64,000 nucleotides of DNA from Candidatus Undinarchaeota archaeon (GTDB lineage: Archaea > SpSt-1190 > JASMDC01). Shown one piece after another: positions 56,061-64,000 of this stretch. The notes under the pieces were generated by a model. The model was not told the DNA's origin. It saw only the letters and a program-made list of their open reading frames with translations, and did not search any database. Both the position numbers and the translations under genes were made by a program. Every line of letters starts with the position of its first letter. The first letter of the stretch is position 1. The stretch covers positions 1 through 64,000 of the forward strand of contig CAZFHY010000008.1 of assembly GCA_964519305.1 (NCBI GenBank), written 5' to 3'.

Positions 56061-57754
56061 GGTGCGACCCCCTCGATGCGCGCCACATACATGGAGTAGT
56101 GCATGTTGGAAACGGCATCCTTGGGCATGTCCAGTGTATGCTTAGGTCCGAGCCGGAACCGCTCGGTGACCCATGGGACTCGGGACTTGGACATCTCGAC
56201 GTAGACTACACATGCACCCGAACCGACCAGTCCCTCCAGGAGCTCAGGATCCTCCACCGACACAACCGCACGGTCCATTCGTCTTCCCGCGTAGAATGGT
56301 ACGAAGGATGCCACTGTGCAATCCTCCCCGACCACGGTCCTCGCCATGATAAAGAAATCCTGCTCGAACGTGTACCGGTCGGGCGAGACGGAAGTGGTTG
56401 CTGCGGCATCGGCCGTGTACAGTACACCTCCAGTAACGAGGAGGACAAGAGACGAGATGACCAGGATACGACGCCACGGACCTGAGTGCCCGGCAGCGGA
56501 AAGTGCGATGATGACCGGGAGACCGACTGCGGCCCAGAGCCGACCTACGAGGACCTCCGCGGGTCGCAGTTGCGAGGCCAGGGCGACCGTTGGTAGGGAT
56601 CCGAGAGCGATAAGGAGGACCGCTGACACCATGGGCAGCGCCCCCTGGCTCGCGAGAGCGCCCCCGCCAGCACCGGCGAGCGTGCAGAGCGCCAGTGAGA
56701 ACGCCAGCACGGACCGGGGCTGGAAGAGCGGATCGCCGTGAACTATAAAGATGCCCAGTCGCAGGAAGAACCATCCCAGCAGTATGAACAAGAGGCGACG
56801 GTCCTGGCGTGCGAGGGCCGCGATACCGAGCAGGACGAGGAGCGCGGTCCCGGCTGGGATGTACACACCGGAGAAGAGCATGCGGATATAGGGGGTTCTT
56901 GACATGAGGAACGCGGGTGAAAGGTCGAGCGTGCCTGCCGGCTCCTCGCCCTCCTGTGACCACGTGTAGCGGGTGTAGTCCGAGAACTGTGACCAAGCCG
57001 GGATCGCGAGCAGTAATGGGAGAATGAGGGCAAGCCTCCGGAAACGTCCGCTCTTTGTCAGGAGTACCAGTACTGCGAGGAGAGGGAGGGCAAGGACGTT
57101 GTCCAGCCTGACCTGTAAGAAGAGCGCGATGGCCGCACCAGCGAACAGAGAGCTCGAGCGGGTACGGGCCTTCCATGCATGAACAAGAGCGAGGGCCGCT
57201 ATAGACTCGAACAATACCGATAATGCCTCGGAGTGGATTGCTGTCGAGTACACGATATGCATCGGAAGGAAGGCGAGCGCTAGTGCAGCGATGAGACCGG
57301 CCTCCGGACCTATGAGCATGGACACCAGCAGGAACAACACCGGGACCGTCAGGGTTCCTGCGGCCACGGATAACCATACCGGTAGCTGTTCGTCAACACC
57401 CAGAAGGCCATGTGAGACGGACACCACGAGCGGATAGACAGGGAGGTAATAGCGGCGGAGCACTTCGCAATCACCCAGACTCCCGAGTATACAATAGGCA
57501 TCGAGGCGCTCGAGGAGAACTCCGCGGCCCAGTTCCACGAACATGAGCTCACTATCGAAAGCCTCGACATGCTTGTACGGTACCGTTGCACGGAGCAGGA
57601 GGGCTACGATCGTGACGGCAATAAGGGCCGCACGTATCCCGGGCCTTCCACGATGCAGTGGGGCGAGCAGCTGCTTCCGATGGCGCACTGCTAACAGGAT
57701 AACTAGAGCCAGATTAAGTGCTGCGCACGCCAGTGGCAGCCCATCCAGCCCCAT
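56057..57754 (-). CDS. GT39-like (GT-C) membrane glycosyltransferase
   Basis: FDSE, C..G.L..C loop shared with the neighbouring gene, LP.H..YS...SE. Confidence 0.75.
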   Translation of the reverse strand: MGLDGLPLACAALNLALVILLAVRHRKQLLAPLHRGRPGIRAALIAVTIVALLLRATVPYKHVEAFDSELMFVELGRGVLLERLDAYCILGSLGDCEVLRRYYLPVYPLVVSVSHGLLGVDEQLPVWLSVAAGTLTVPVLFLLVSMLIGPEAGLIAALALAFLPMHIVYSTAIHSEALSVLFESIAALALVHAWKARTRSSSLFAGAAIALFLQVRLDNVLALPLLAVLVLLTKSGRFRRLALILPLLLAIPAWSQFSDYTRYTWSQEGEEPAGTLDLSPAFLMSRTPYIRMLFSGVYIPAGTALLVLLGIAALARQDRRLLFILLGWFFLRLGIFIVHGDPLFQPRSVLAFSLALCTLAGAGGGALASQGALPMVSAVLLIALGSLPTVALASQLRPAEVLVGRLWAAVGLPVIIALSAAGHSGPWRRILVISSLVLLVTGGVLYTADAAATTSVSPDRYTFEQDFFIMARTVVGEDCTVASFVPFYAGRRMDRAVVSVEDPELLEGLVGSGACVVYVEMSKSRVPWVTERFRLGPKHTLDMPKDAVSNMHYSMYVARIEGVAP

Positions 57755-57806
57755 GCGACGGCATGGGCAAGTAGGTTTATATAAGTAAACGGCACAAGCT
57801 CCTACG

Positions 57807-58214
57807 ATGGTGCTCCGCTACGCCTATCTAGCGTTCGTGGCCGGATATGTGTTCTTTACGCCCGGGTACCTATTCTCCCGACGTATATATGGTCGAATGG
57901 ACCATGTGGAGGCGCTAGCGATGGGTCTGGGCATGAGCCTTGTAATGGTACCTGTGTTCTCATTCACCGTTGCGCTCCTGCTCGACACGTACGTGAGCGA
58001 TGGCATCGTCCTGGCCACCGCGACCGCGATCAGTCTGTTATGTGGAATCACGCGAGAGCACATGGTCCAGCTCGGAGTGGCGTCACCTGACGTGATCGAG
58101 ATCGAGGTCATCGAGGAAGACGAGGCCGAAGAGGAAGAGGCCGAGAAGGAAGAGGCTGAAGAGGAAGCGGAAGAGGCCGAAGACGAGGACGACGACGACG
58201 AGAAGGAAGAGTGA
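57807..58214 (+). CDS. DUF1616-like membrane protein with poly-acidic tail
   Basis: FF.PGY and E.LA...G.S motifs; E/D-rich C-terminus. Confidence 0.65.
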   Translation: MVLRYAYLAFVAGYVFFTPGYLFSRRIYGRMDHVEALAMGLGMSLVMVPVFSFTVALLLDTYVSDGIVLATATAISLLCGITREHMVQLGVASPDVIEIEVIEEDEAEEEEAEKEEAEEEAEEAEDEDDDDEKEE

Positions 58215-58217
58215 GGA

Positions 58218-59225
58218 TCAAGACCTCGCAGTGATCTCCCCGGCATAGTCCGTGTGCATCATTGACCTGACCTTTTCAGGATCGGTCGTATGGCCGAGTA
58301 CCCACATTAGCTTCACGAGCGCGGCCTCGGAGTTCATATCGTAGGCCGGGATGGCCCCCGACTTGAGCGCGAGAAGTCCAGTCCTATACACGTCCGACCA
58401 CGCAGCGCCGAACACGCACTGCGTGGTGAGCACAACGTGACATCCGGACCCTACCACTTTTTCGATGGTCGGGACCAGGCTCAGTTCATCGGTTGGGACG
58501 TTCCCCGCACCGAACCCTTCGATCACGATACCGTGGTGACTCTCAGCGATCGATGGGAGCAGGGACGGCTGGAATCCGGGGAAGAGCTTGACTAGGCATA
58601 CATCGGTCGCCAGGCGTGTGTCGAGCACAGGTGTGCCCGCGATACGCGGACGAGCATGCGAGGAAAGGACGATGTCGGCCTCGACTGTTCCCACCATTGG
58701 CATTCCCACGCTCTCGAAAGCATCGTAGGCCATGGCGCGTAACTTCTTCGACCGTGATCCCCGGATGATCTTGCTATTGAAGACCAGGACGACCTCTCCA
58801 AGGTCCGCACCGGTGGCCACGCGGAACGCATCAAGGAGGTTCCTCCGCCCGTCCGATCCGACCTCGGAGAACGGCGTCTGTGAACCCGTGAGAACGACAG
58901 GCCCGGGTAGGTGGCGCACCATGAGCGAGATGGCCGCTGCGGTATAGGCCATAGTATCGGTACCATGCGTGATCACTACACCGTCCACATCGTCCTCCGT
59001 GAAGGCTCGATGTACTGCCTCGGCGATCTGCACCCAGTGGTGTGGCTGGAGATTGGACGAATCATGGTTGAAGAGCACCTTGGGGATGATATCGGCGATG
59101 CTCGCCAGTTCGGGTACCTTGTCAACGAGGTCGGGACTGTCCTGTCCCGGTATCAGGCTCTCGGTCCCATCCTCTTTAACAGCTCCAAGGGTCCCTCCCG
59201 CAGAGAGAACGGCTATGCGCTTCAT
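58218..59225 (-). CDS. ansA: L-asparaginase (type I)
   Basis: GGT, DSSN, HGTDTMAY, LTGSQ, G.GAGN and EAA.VKLMW motifs. Confidence 0.93.
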   Translation of the reverse strand: MKRIAVLSAGGTLGAVKEDGTESLIPGQDSPDLVDKVPELASIADIIPKVLFNHDSSNLQPHHWVQIAEAVHRAFTEDDVDGVVITHGTDTMAYTAAAISLMVRHLPGPVVLTGSQTPFSEVGSDGRRNLLDAFRVATGADLGEVVLVFNSKIIRGSRSKKLRAMAYDAFESVGMPMVGTVEADIVLSSHARPRIAGTPVLDTRLATDVCLVKLFPGFQPSLLPSIAESHHGIVIEGFGAGNVPTDELSLVPTIEKVVGSGCHVVLTTQCVFGAAWSDVYRTGLLALKSGAIPAYDMNSEAALVKLMWVLGHTTDPEKVRSMMHTDYAGEITARS

Positions 59226-59316
59226 GGCCTGCGGAGAGAGGTTCGCTATTTAAAAGGCTTGGCTCCGGGACGCCAGCAGCGAGCCTTTATATTTGTTATC
59301 GCGCCCTTGTCATGTC

Positions 59317-60732
59317 ATGGCCGATAGCAAACCGGTAGGCGACTTTCTTGTTCCTCTTCTTAGTTTCTTGGTGGTGCTCACGGCAAGCATTCTCCTTTTC
59401 GCCAAGCTCGGAACCATGGACCTCCCTAGCAAGGGAGACCTCATGACGCTAGTGCTCCCTACTAACCTCGGTGGTGGGGATGACGATGGCGAGGGCGGTG
59501 GCGGTTTCATAGGCCTTGTCAGGGGGAACCTGGCACTTGTCCTCATCCTGTGCGTGTATGCTGCACTGGTCATTTCTCTCATCGCGGTGTCCGCGGTGCT
59601 CAGTCCGATACCGCTTGCTGGCGGGATAATGGTGTCAATGGGCATTATAGGGGCGATGATGCTTAGGCTGGGCTCATCGTCCGGTACGCAGACTGTCTCT
59701 GTGGCCATTCTCCTTGCTTGCCTCTATTCCGCTTACGCCTCATGGAAGAAGTTCTCTGCGCTCATCCAGTTCTCTGGTGGTGAAGTATCGTCAGCAGGAA
59801 CGGCAGGGTTCATGTTCATCGTCGCTCTGGCCCTTGCTCTGGTAGCGTACAATGTCGTCGTGCGCGACCAGACGGACATGCGTGACCAGATCCTGGGGAA
59901 CTTGTTCTCCAATGTGGGTTTTGAGGGCGAGTTCAAATGCACGCACGATGACACTGAAAGGTGCATCAATGACATCCTTGAGGGCGCGACCCAGCAGATG
60001 GCCAAGAAGCAGGTGGCAGGGAGCGTAGAAGGCCAATTGGGGTGTAGCGGATCAGATCAGCTGCGTCCCTGCATTCGCCAGATGGTCAGTCGTCAGCTCC
60101 CCGCGGGTGTCACCGAAGATCAGGTGGAGGACCAGACCGACAACATGATGGGCCAGGTCCTGAACAGCTATGGTGTGGACACCACGCTGGGCTGGGACAC
60201 GCGTACCGTCGATGACCTCGTGGAAGAGGTAGTAAAGACCTCTCCCCAGGTGCGGGCACAGATGGAGGATGGTATGAAACAGCTCAAGAACACCATGGGC
60301 ATGGTAGTCAAATTGCTCGATTATCTCCCCTACATCACCGCGTTCATAGTCTTCACCACGACGATGTTCACCCAGAGCCTCGTCCGACCCCTGACGTCGT
60401 TCCTCTCTACCGCTATCTTCTCGGCACTCCTTGCATCGGGCATCGTGTCCAAGGTCCAGCATACCGTGACCGTGGAGCGGTACGTGGTCACCGTCGGCAA
60501 GAGCGCTCCGGTGCAGAAAAAGCCAAAGAAACGCGAGCGGAAGCATCACAGGCCCCCTCCCAAGGAGGAACCTGCCGAGGACAAGCCCGAGCCCCGACCT
60601 GAACCGAGGGAGGAACCTGAGCTCCATCAAGGCCCGCCGCCGCAACCAGAATCCGCCCCTACACCCACTGCAGAGCCAGAATCGTTCTCCGATATATCGG
60701 CCGGTGGCGGTGCAGGGTTCGACGACCTCTAG
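59317..60732 (+). CDS. hypothetical multi-TM protein with Cys-containing extracellular loop and Pro-rich tail
   Basis: several TM segments; upstream TTTATAT. Confidence 0.7.
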   Translation: MADSKPVGDFLVPLLSFLVVLTASILLFAKLGTMDLPSKGDLMTLVLPTNLGGGDDDGEGGGGFIGLVRGNLALVLILCVYAALVISLIAVSAVLSPIPLAGGIMVSMGIIGAMMLRLGSSSGTQTVSVAILLACLYSAYASWKKFSALIQFSGGEVSSAGTAGFMFIVALALALVAYNVVVRDQTDMRDQILGNLFSNVGFEGEFKCTHDDTERCINDILEGATQQMAKKQVAGSVEGQLGCSGSDQLRPCIRQMVSRQLPAGVTEDQVEDQTDNMMGQVLNSYGVDTTLGWDTRTVDDLVEEVVKTSPQVRAQMEDGMKQLKNTMGMVVKLLDYLPYITAFIVFTTTMFTQSLVRPLTSFLSTAIFSALLASGIVSKVQHTVTVERYVVTVGKSAPVQKKPKKRERKHHRPPPKEEPAEDKPEPRPEPREEPELHQGPPPQPESAPTPTAEPESFSDISAGGGAGFDDL

Positions 60733-60854
60733 AGCTTGTGCAATACGCCACGGGACGACAATTGTCCTAATTAGCGGTCTCGATAATCGATGGACTTAGC
60801 GTTTGCGATTTCTCCGACTAAAGAAGAAAACGGTCAGGTATCGGTTCGATCAGT

Positions 60855-60971
60855 CTAGAAGAGTCTCTGAGCCTGCTCGCCAGCCTCTACACAGGAGTAG
60901 GCCACACAGACGTCGTCCTTCCAGAACTCGCACTCTGCGCACTTGCGCTTCTGTTGTTCGGGTATGCTCAC
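60855..60971 (-). CDS. small 4-Cys protein (38 aa, absent from the ORF track)
   Basis: translated by hand: MSIPEQQKRKCAECEFWKDDVCVAYSCVEAGEQAQRLF; AGGTGA RBS and TATAAAG upstream. Confidence 0.5.
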   Translation of the reverse strand: MSIPEQQKRKCAECEFWKDDVCVAYSCVEAGEQAQRLF

Positions 60972-61145
60972 ACGAATCACCTGTTAGGATTTATGGGGGC
61001 TCAGGTTCTTTATATGTGTATGCTTTATACATTCATATAACATATTATACCTTATTAGCTCCGTGACGCGTTCTTGACGCTCGAAAAACTATCTTTTTGA
61101 TAGATTTCTGACCTCTGCGAGCGTAAGTGCCCGCTATACAGGGCT

Positions 61146-61493
61146 CTATTTAATTCCCGAGTTGGGTATGAGGCAGAGGAACTCGAAGTCCTCAGGACCG
61201 GCGTTGAGGAACTGGTGCCACTTGCCGCCTGGCATGAAGAGCACGCTCCGCGGGCCCAGCTTGTTGTCACCCTCCTCGGTACGCACGATACCCTCGCCCT
61301 GGAGCACGAATACCTCATGCTCCCAGTCATGCTGGTGATAGGGAGTGCAGCCATCCTTCTCAACACGGAAGAGGCGCATGGCAAAGTTCTCGGCACCCAC
61401 CTTTTGATCGATGAGCCATCGGATGGAGATATCCCGGGCACCCTCCATCTTCACGGGACTTTCGTCAACATCCTCGGCCTTGGCGATGAACAT
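61146..61493 (-). CDS. cupin domain protein
   Basis: TP.H.HDWEHE.FVL.G.G and HQF.N motifs. Confidence 0.9.
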   Translation of the reverse strand: MFIAKAEDVDESPVKMEGARDISIRWLIDQKVGAENFAMRLFRVEKDGCTPYHQHDWEHEVFVLQGEGIVRTEEGDNKLGPRSVLFMPGGKWHQFLNAGPEDFEFLCLIPNSGIK

Positions 61494-61587
61494 GAGAAGC
61501 ATGGGTATCTCCGTGCTTAAAAGTCTGTGTTTGGGTCGGGGACCGGTCACGGTGAACATAAAAAGGTTCACCGCGCCACCATCCCCT

Positions 61588-62049
61588 ATGTCGACTCCCG
61601 GCCGCCGTATCCTTGTGCTCTACCATTCGAGCTCCGGGAACACGCGACGGGCCGCCGAGCTGGTTGCCCAGGGTGCGTTCGGTGTTGAAGGAGTGAGCGT
61701 CGAGACCATCCCTGCCGATACGTACGATCCGGACATCCTTGAACGAATGGACGGGATCGCTGTGGGAAGCCCTGATTTCTTCTCGTACGTTGCTGGAGAA
61801 GTGAAGTGCTTCTTCGACCGGGCATATCGCGACACTCGCGTCGACGGCAAGCCTTTCGTGGCGTTCGGTACCCATGGCGGTGGTGGTAAGGTCGTAGAGG
61901 TTCTGGAGAAACTGAGCACGTCTGTCGGGCTCGTGAGGGTCTGTCCCGGAGTGATCGTCAAAGGACGGCCCGGGCCGGAGGATGAAGAACGGCTCCGGGA
62001 ACTTGGACGTGCTCTGGGAATGCGATTGTTGAAGGGTTCGGAGGAATGA
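61588..62049 (+). CDS. flavodoxin / WrbA-like protein
   Basis: YHSSSGNT, GSP and F...G..GGG motifs. Confidence 0.88.
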   Translation: MSTPGRRILVLYHSSSGNTRRAAELVAQGAFGVEGVSVETIPADTYDPDILERMDGIAVGSPDFFSYVAGEVKCFFDRAYRDTRVDGKPFVAFGTHGGGGKVVEVLEKLSTSVGLVRVCPGVIVKGRPGPEDEERLRELGRALGMRLLKGSEE

Positions 62050-62050
62050 G

Positions 62051-63661
62051 GTGGGCTCTATCGTGGTATGGACCGTCGCAAGCTTGTTCCGGATCCTCCT
62101 ATTGCTACCAGTGCTAGCGCTCCCCGGAGCATCGCTGCTCCGAGCTGCCCGCTGGCGTGGGACGGTCCTCGAATGGTGCGCTCTTTCACTCACCATGGGG
62201 ATATTGGTGGTGCCCCTCGTCACCTATCTCCTATTCCTTGTGGGGTACCTCCCGGTTAGCCTTATGCTCCTGATGGTGGTCGCTCTGACCATCACGGTGG
62301 CCTGTGCTATTCTCCCGGGTGGCAGTCTTCGGGTCTCGGATAGCGACCGTTTCGACGCGCTTGCAGTAGCGGCCGCCGGTGTCATCATCATATGGAACCT
62401 CCTAGCTGTACCTGTGGAGCTCGAGACCGCTGGGGATACCCTGCCACTCGTGACGGGGGCGGGAGCGTTCCGCTTCGGTATGCGCCCGCTCGGGGCTACG
62501 CTTTACAAGCATACAATGCTCACATTGCTTGGACCCGCGAACGAGCCCCTCGTTATGGGGACCGTGCTCGGGCTCATCCTCCTTCTCACGTACTCTGCTG
62601 GACGTGCACTGACAAGCAGTCCAGTTCCCTCCCTTGTGGCCGCACTGGTCCTCTCGCTCAACGGGACGGTGCTCAACTTCGCTTCGTTCATCACCGCCTT
62701 TCTCGCGCTGTTCGGAGGATGTGCTCTACTCCATCTCCTAGTGAAGGCTCGTTCGCCACGTCAATGGCTCCTTGTTGGACTGGCGCTCGGCAGCTGCTAC
62801 TTCTACCGGAAGGAAGCGGTCCTCCTGACCGTTCCCGTTCTTGTCCAACTGGTGAGGGGAGCAGGTCTACGAGGCCCCCGTCTCATCGCATTCTGCACGG
62901 GCGCGGCCCTTGTAGTGGCGCCTGTGTTGCTCGGCCACCAGCTCAACTTCGGCAGGATACTCGTACATGAAGCACACACCAGCCCTCTACCAACGGAAGA
63001 ATGCCCGCCCCACTACAACCATGTCCTCGGTCCTTTCTCGTTCTGCATGTACGGTATGCTGAACGCTCCCTTCTACGCAGTCGTGGTCCGGACACCGGGC
63101 TATGCTTTTCCATCGTTCCTTTACATGCCTCTACTGGTGGTCCGTACATTCGGACTTGTCCTAGCGGCCTTGGCGGCCGCTGGTCTCGTATTGCGTGGGA
63201 AGGACGGGGCAGGACCGGTCCTATTGACATGGACCCTGCTCATGCTCACGTTCCTCGGTCTTAACGAGAACTGGGGCCCGCCCAAGACATCGCTCATGTT
63301 CATCGCGCTCCCTCCACTTGGGCTCGCTGTCGGCCGCGGACTGGCTCTACTGCTCCGAATGGATCGACGCGAGGCGGTGCGTGCTTATCTTGCGGCCTTC
63401 GCCGCTGTAGTCGTGTTCGTGGCCGCAGCAGGCTACGTGGACGCACCTCCTGATGCGCGGTACGCTCTTCACATCCCCTTCATGTCGGAGGATGTGCTCG
63501 CGGTCCGACAGGCCCGCGTTGAACTTCTCTCGCCTTCACTGCTGCCGGTGGCCCCGCACTTGGATGCAGATTGGTCGGTCGAATACATGACGGACCAGTA
63601 CGTTCAGTGCACAGGGGACGCACGTATGTGCTATCCAGCGGTGGTCGCCCGGCCGTTCTAG
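62051..63661 (+). CDS. GT-C-like polytopic membrane protein
   Basis: many TM segments, LPG N-terminal motif, R.E motif. Confidence 0.55.
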   Translation: MGSIVVWTVASLFRILLLLPVLALPGASLLRAARWRGTVLEWCALSLTMGILVVPLVTYLLFLVGYLPVSLMLLMVVALTITVACAILPGGSLRVSDSDRFDALAVAAAGVIIIWNLLAVPVELETAGDTLPLVTGAGAFRFGMRPLGATLYKHTMLTLLGPANEPLVMGTVLGLILLLTYSAGRALTSSPVPSLVAALVLSLNGTVLNFASFITAFLALFGGCALLHLLVKARSPRQWLLVGLALGSCYFYRKEAVLLTVPVLVQLVRGAGLRGPRLIAFCTGAALVVAPVLLGHQLNFGRILVHEAHTSPLPTEECPPHYNHVLGPFSFCMYGMLNAPFYAVVVRTPGYAFPSFLYMPLLVVRTFGLVLAALAAAGLVLRGKDGAGPVLLTWTLLMLTFLGLNENWGPPKTSLMFIALPPLGLAVGRGLALLLRMDRREAVRAYLAAFAAVVVFVAAAGYVDAPPDARYALHIPFMSEDVLAVRQARVELLSPSLLPVAPHLDADWSVEYMTDQYVQCTGDARMCYPAVVARPF

Positions 63662-64000
63662 CGGTCCGATGCCAGTGCGGGGACCCAGTTAGCACGTACA
63701 GAATCACATGTCGACCTGAGAGCAGCATCACTTATCAGGTCGCATCGCGCCACGTCGCTCAGGGACATAGGTCCGTTCGTATAGCAGATGTCGCGGTGGT
63801 ATATGTCATTGATACTGGCACAGGCCTCGTCCGGGATGCCATGCAACGCCAGACGCTCCACGCAGATATCCCGCCAGGATTCTGAGGGTACAGTCCTGCA
63901 AGCGGTCACTTCACCGGAACGTACGATGAGAGCGGTCTGACAGAACGTACCGAGCTGTGGTTCTTCTGTACCGCCACATGCCACGACGTCGCCTTGTATC
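63658..64000 (-). CDS. Cys-repeat protein, 3' part (start outside the window)
   Basis: repeated C..I......RD.C units. Confidence 0.6.
   Translation of the reverse strand, partial: IQGDVVACGGTEEPQLGTFCQTALIVRSGEVTACRTVPSESWRDICVERLALHGIPDEACASINDIYHRDICYTNGPMSLSDVARCDLISDAALRSTCDSVRANWVPALASDR

Noticed and set aside
1-64000. Integron integrase, transposase or reverse transcriptase
   Set aside because: I found no ORF with tyrosine-recombinase R-H-R-Y, DDE or RT motifs in the window, so the array cannot be called a complete integron from this sequence.

Overview
Archaeal chromosomal window, GC-rich overall. The domain call rests on an HMf-type histone, RadA, RPA, aTrm56, AMP phosphorylase, archaeal aroA'/aroB', BHB tRNA introns and TATA-box promoters; a DPANN-like lifestyle is plausible but not proven. 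The first ~4.9 kb is an integron-like cassette array with no integrase in the window. It has three homologous attC-like elements (one cut by the window edge, two of ~145-150 bp), cassettes bounded by 14-20 bp terminal inverted repeats, a 28-bp dif-like 11-6-11 site, a duplicated ~100-bp element, three toxin-antitoxin pairs, and three paralogous membrane-anchored Cys-rich proteins with a constant N-terminus and a variable body. The rest is housekeeping: a molybdate/tungstate ABC transporter, cinA, ftsZ, rpa-radA, part of the shikimate pathway, Hsp20 and its probable regulator, nucleoside salvage, tRNA modification, and five GT-C-type membrane glycosyltransferases. It is interspersed with orphan genes, including a candidate ADP-ribosyltransferase. 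All three long-variable-arm tRNAs (Ser-TGA, Leu-CAG, Leu-CAA) carry a BHB intron at T-loop position 59/60, while tRNA-Val has none. Protein family calls come from motif recognition by eye; no database searches were run.
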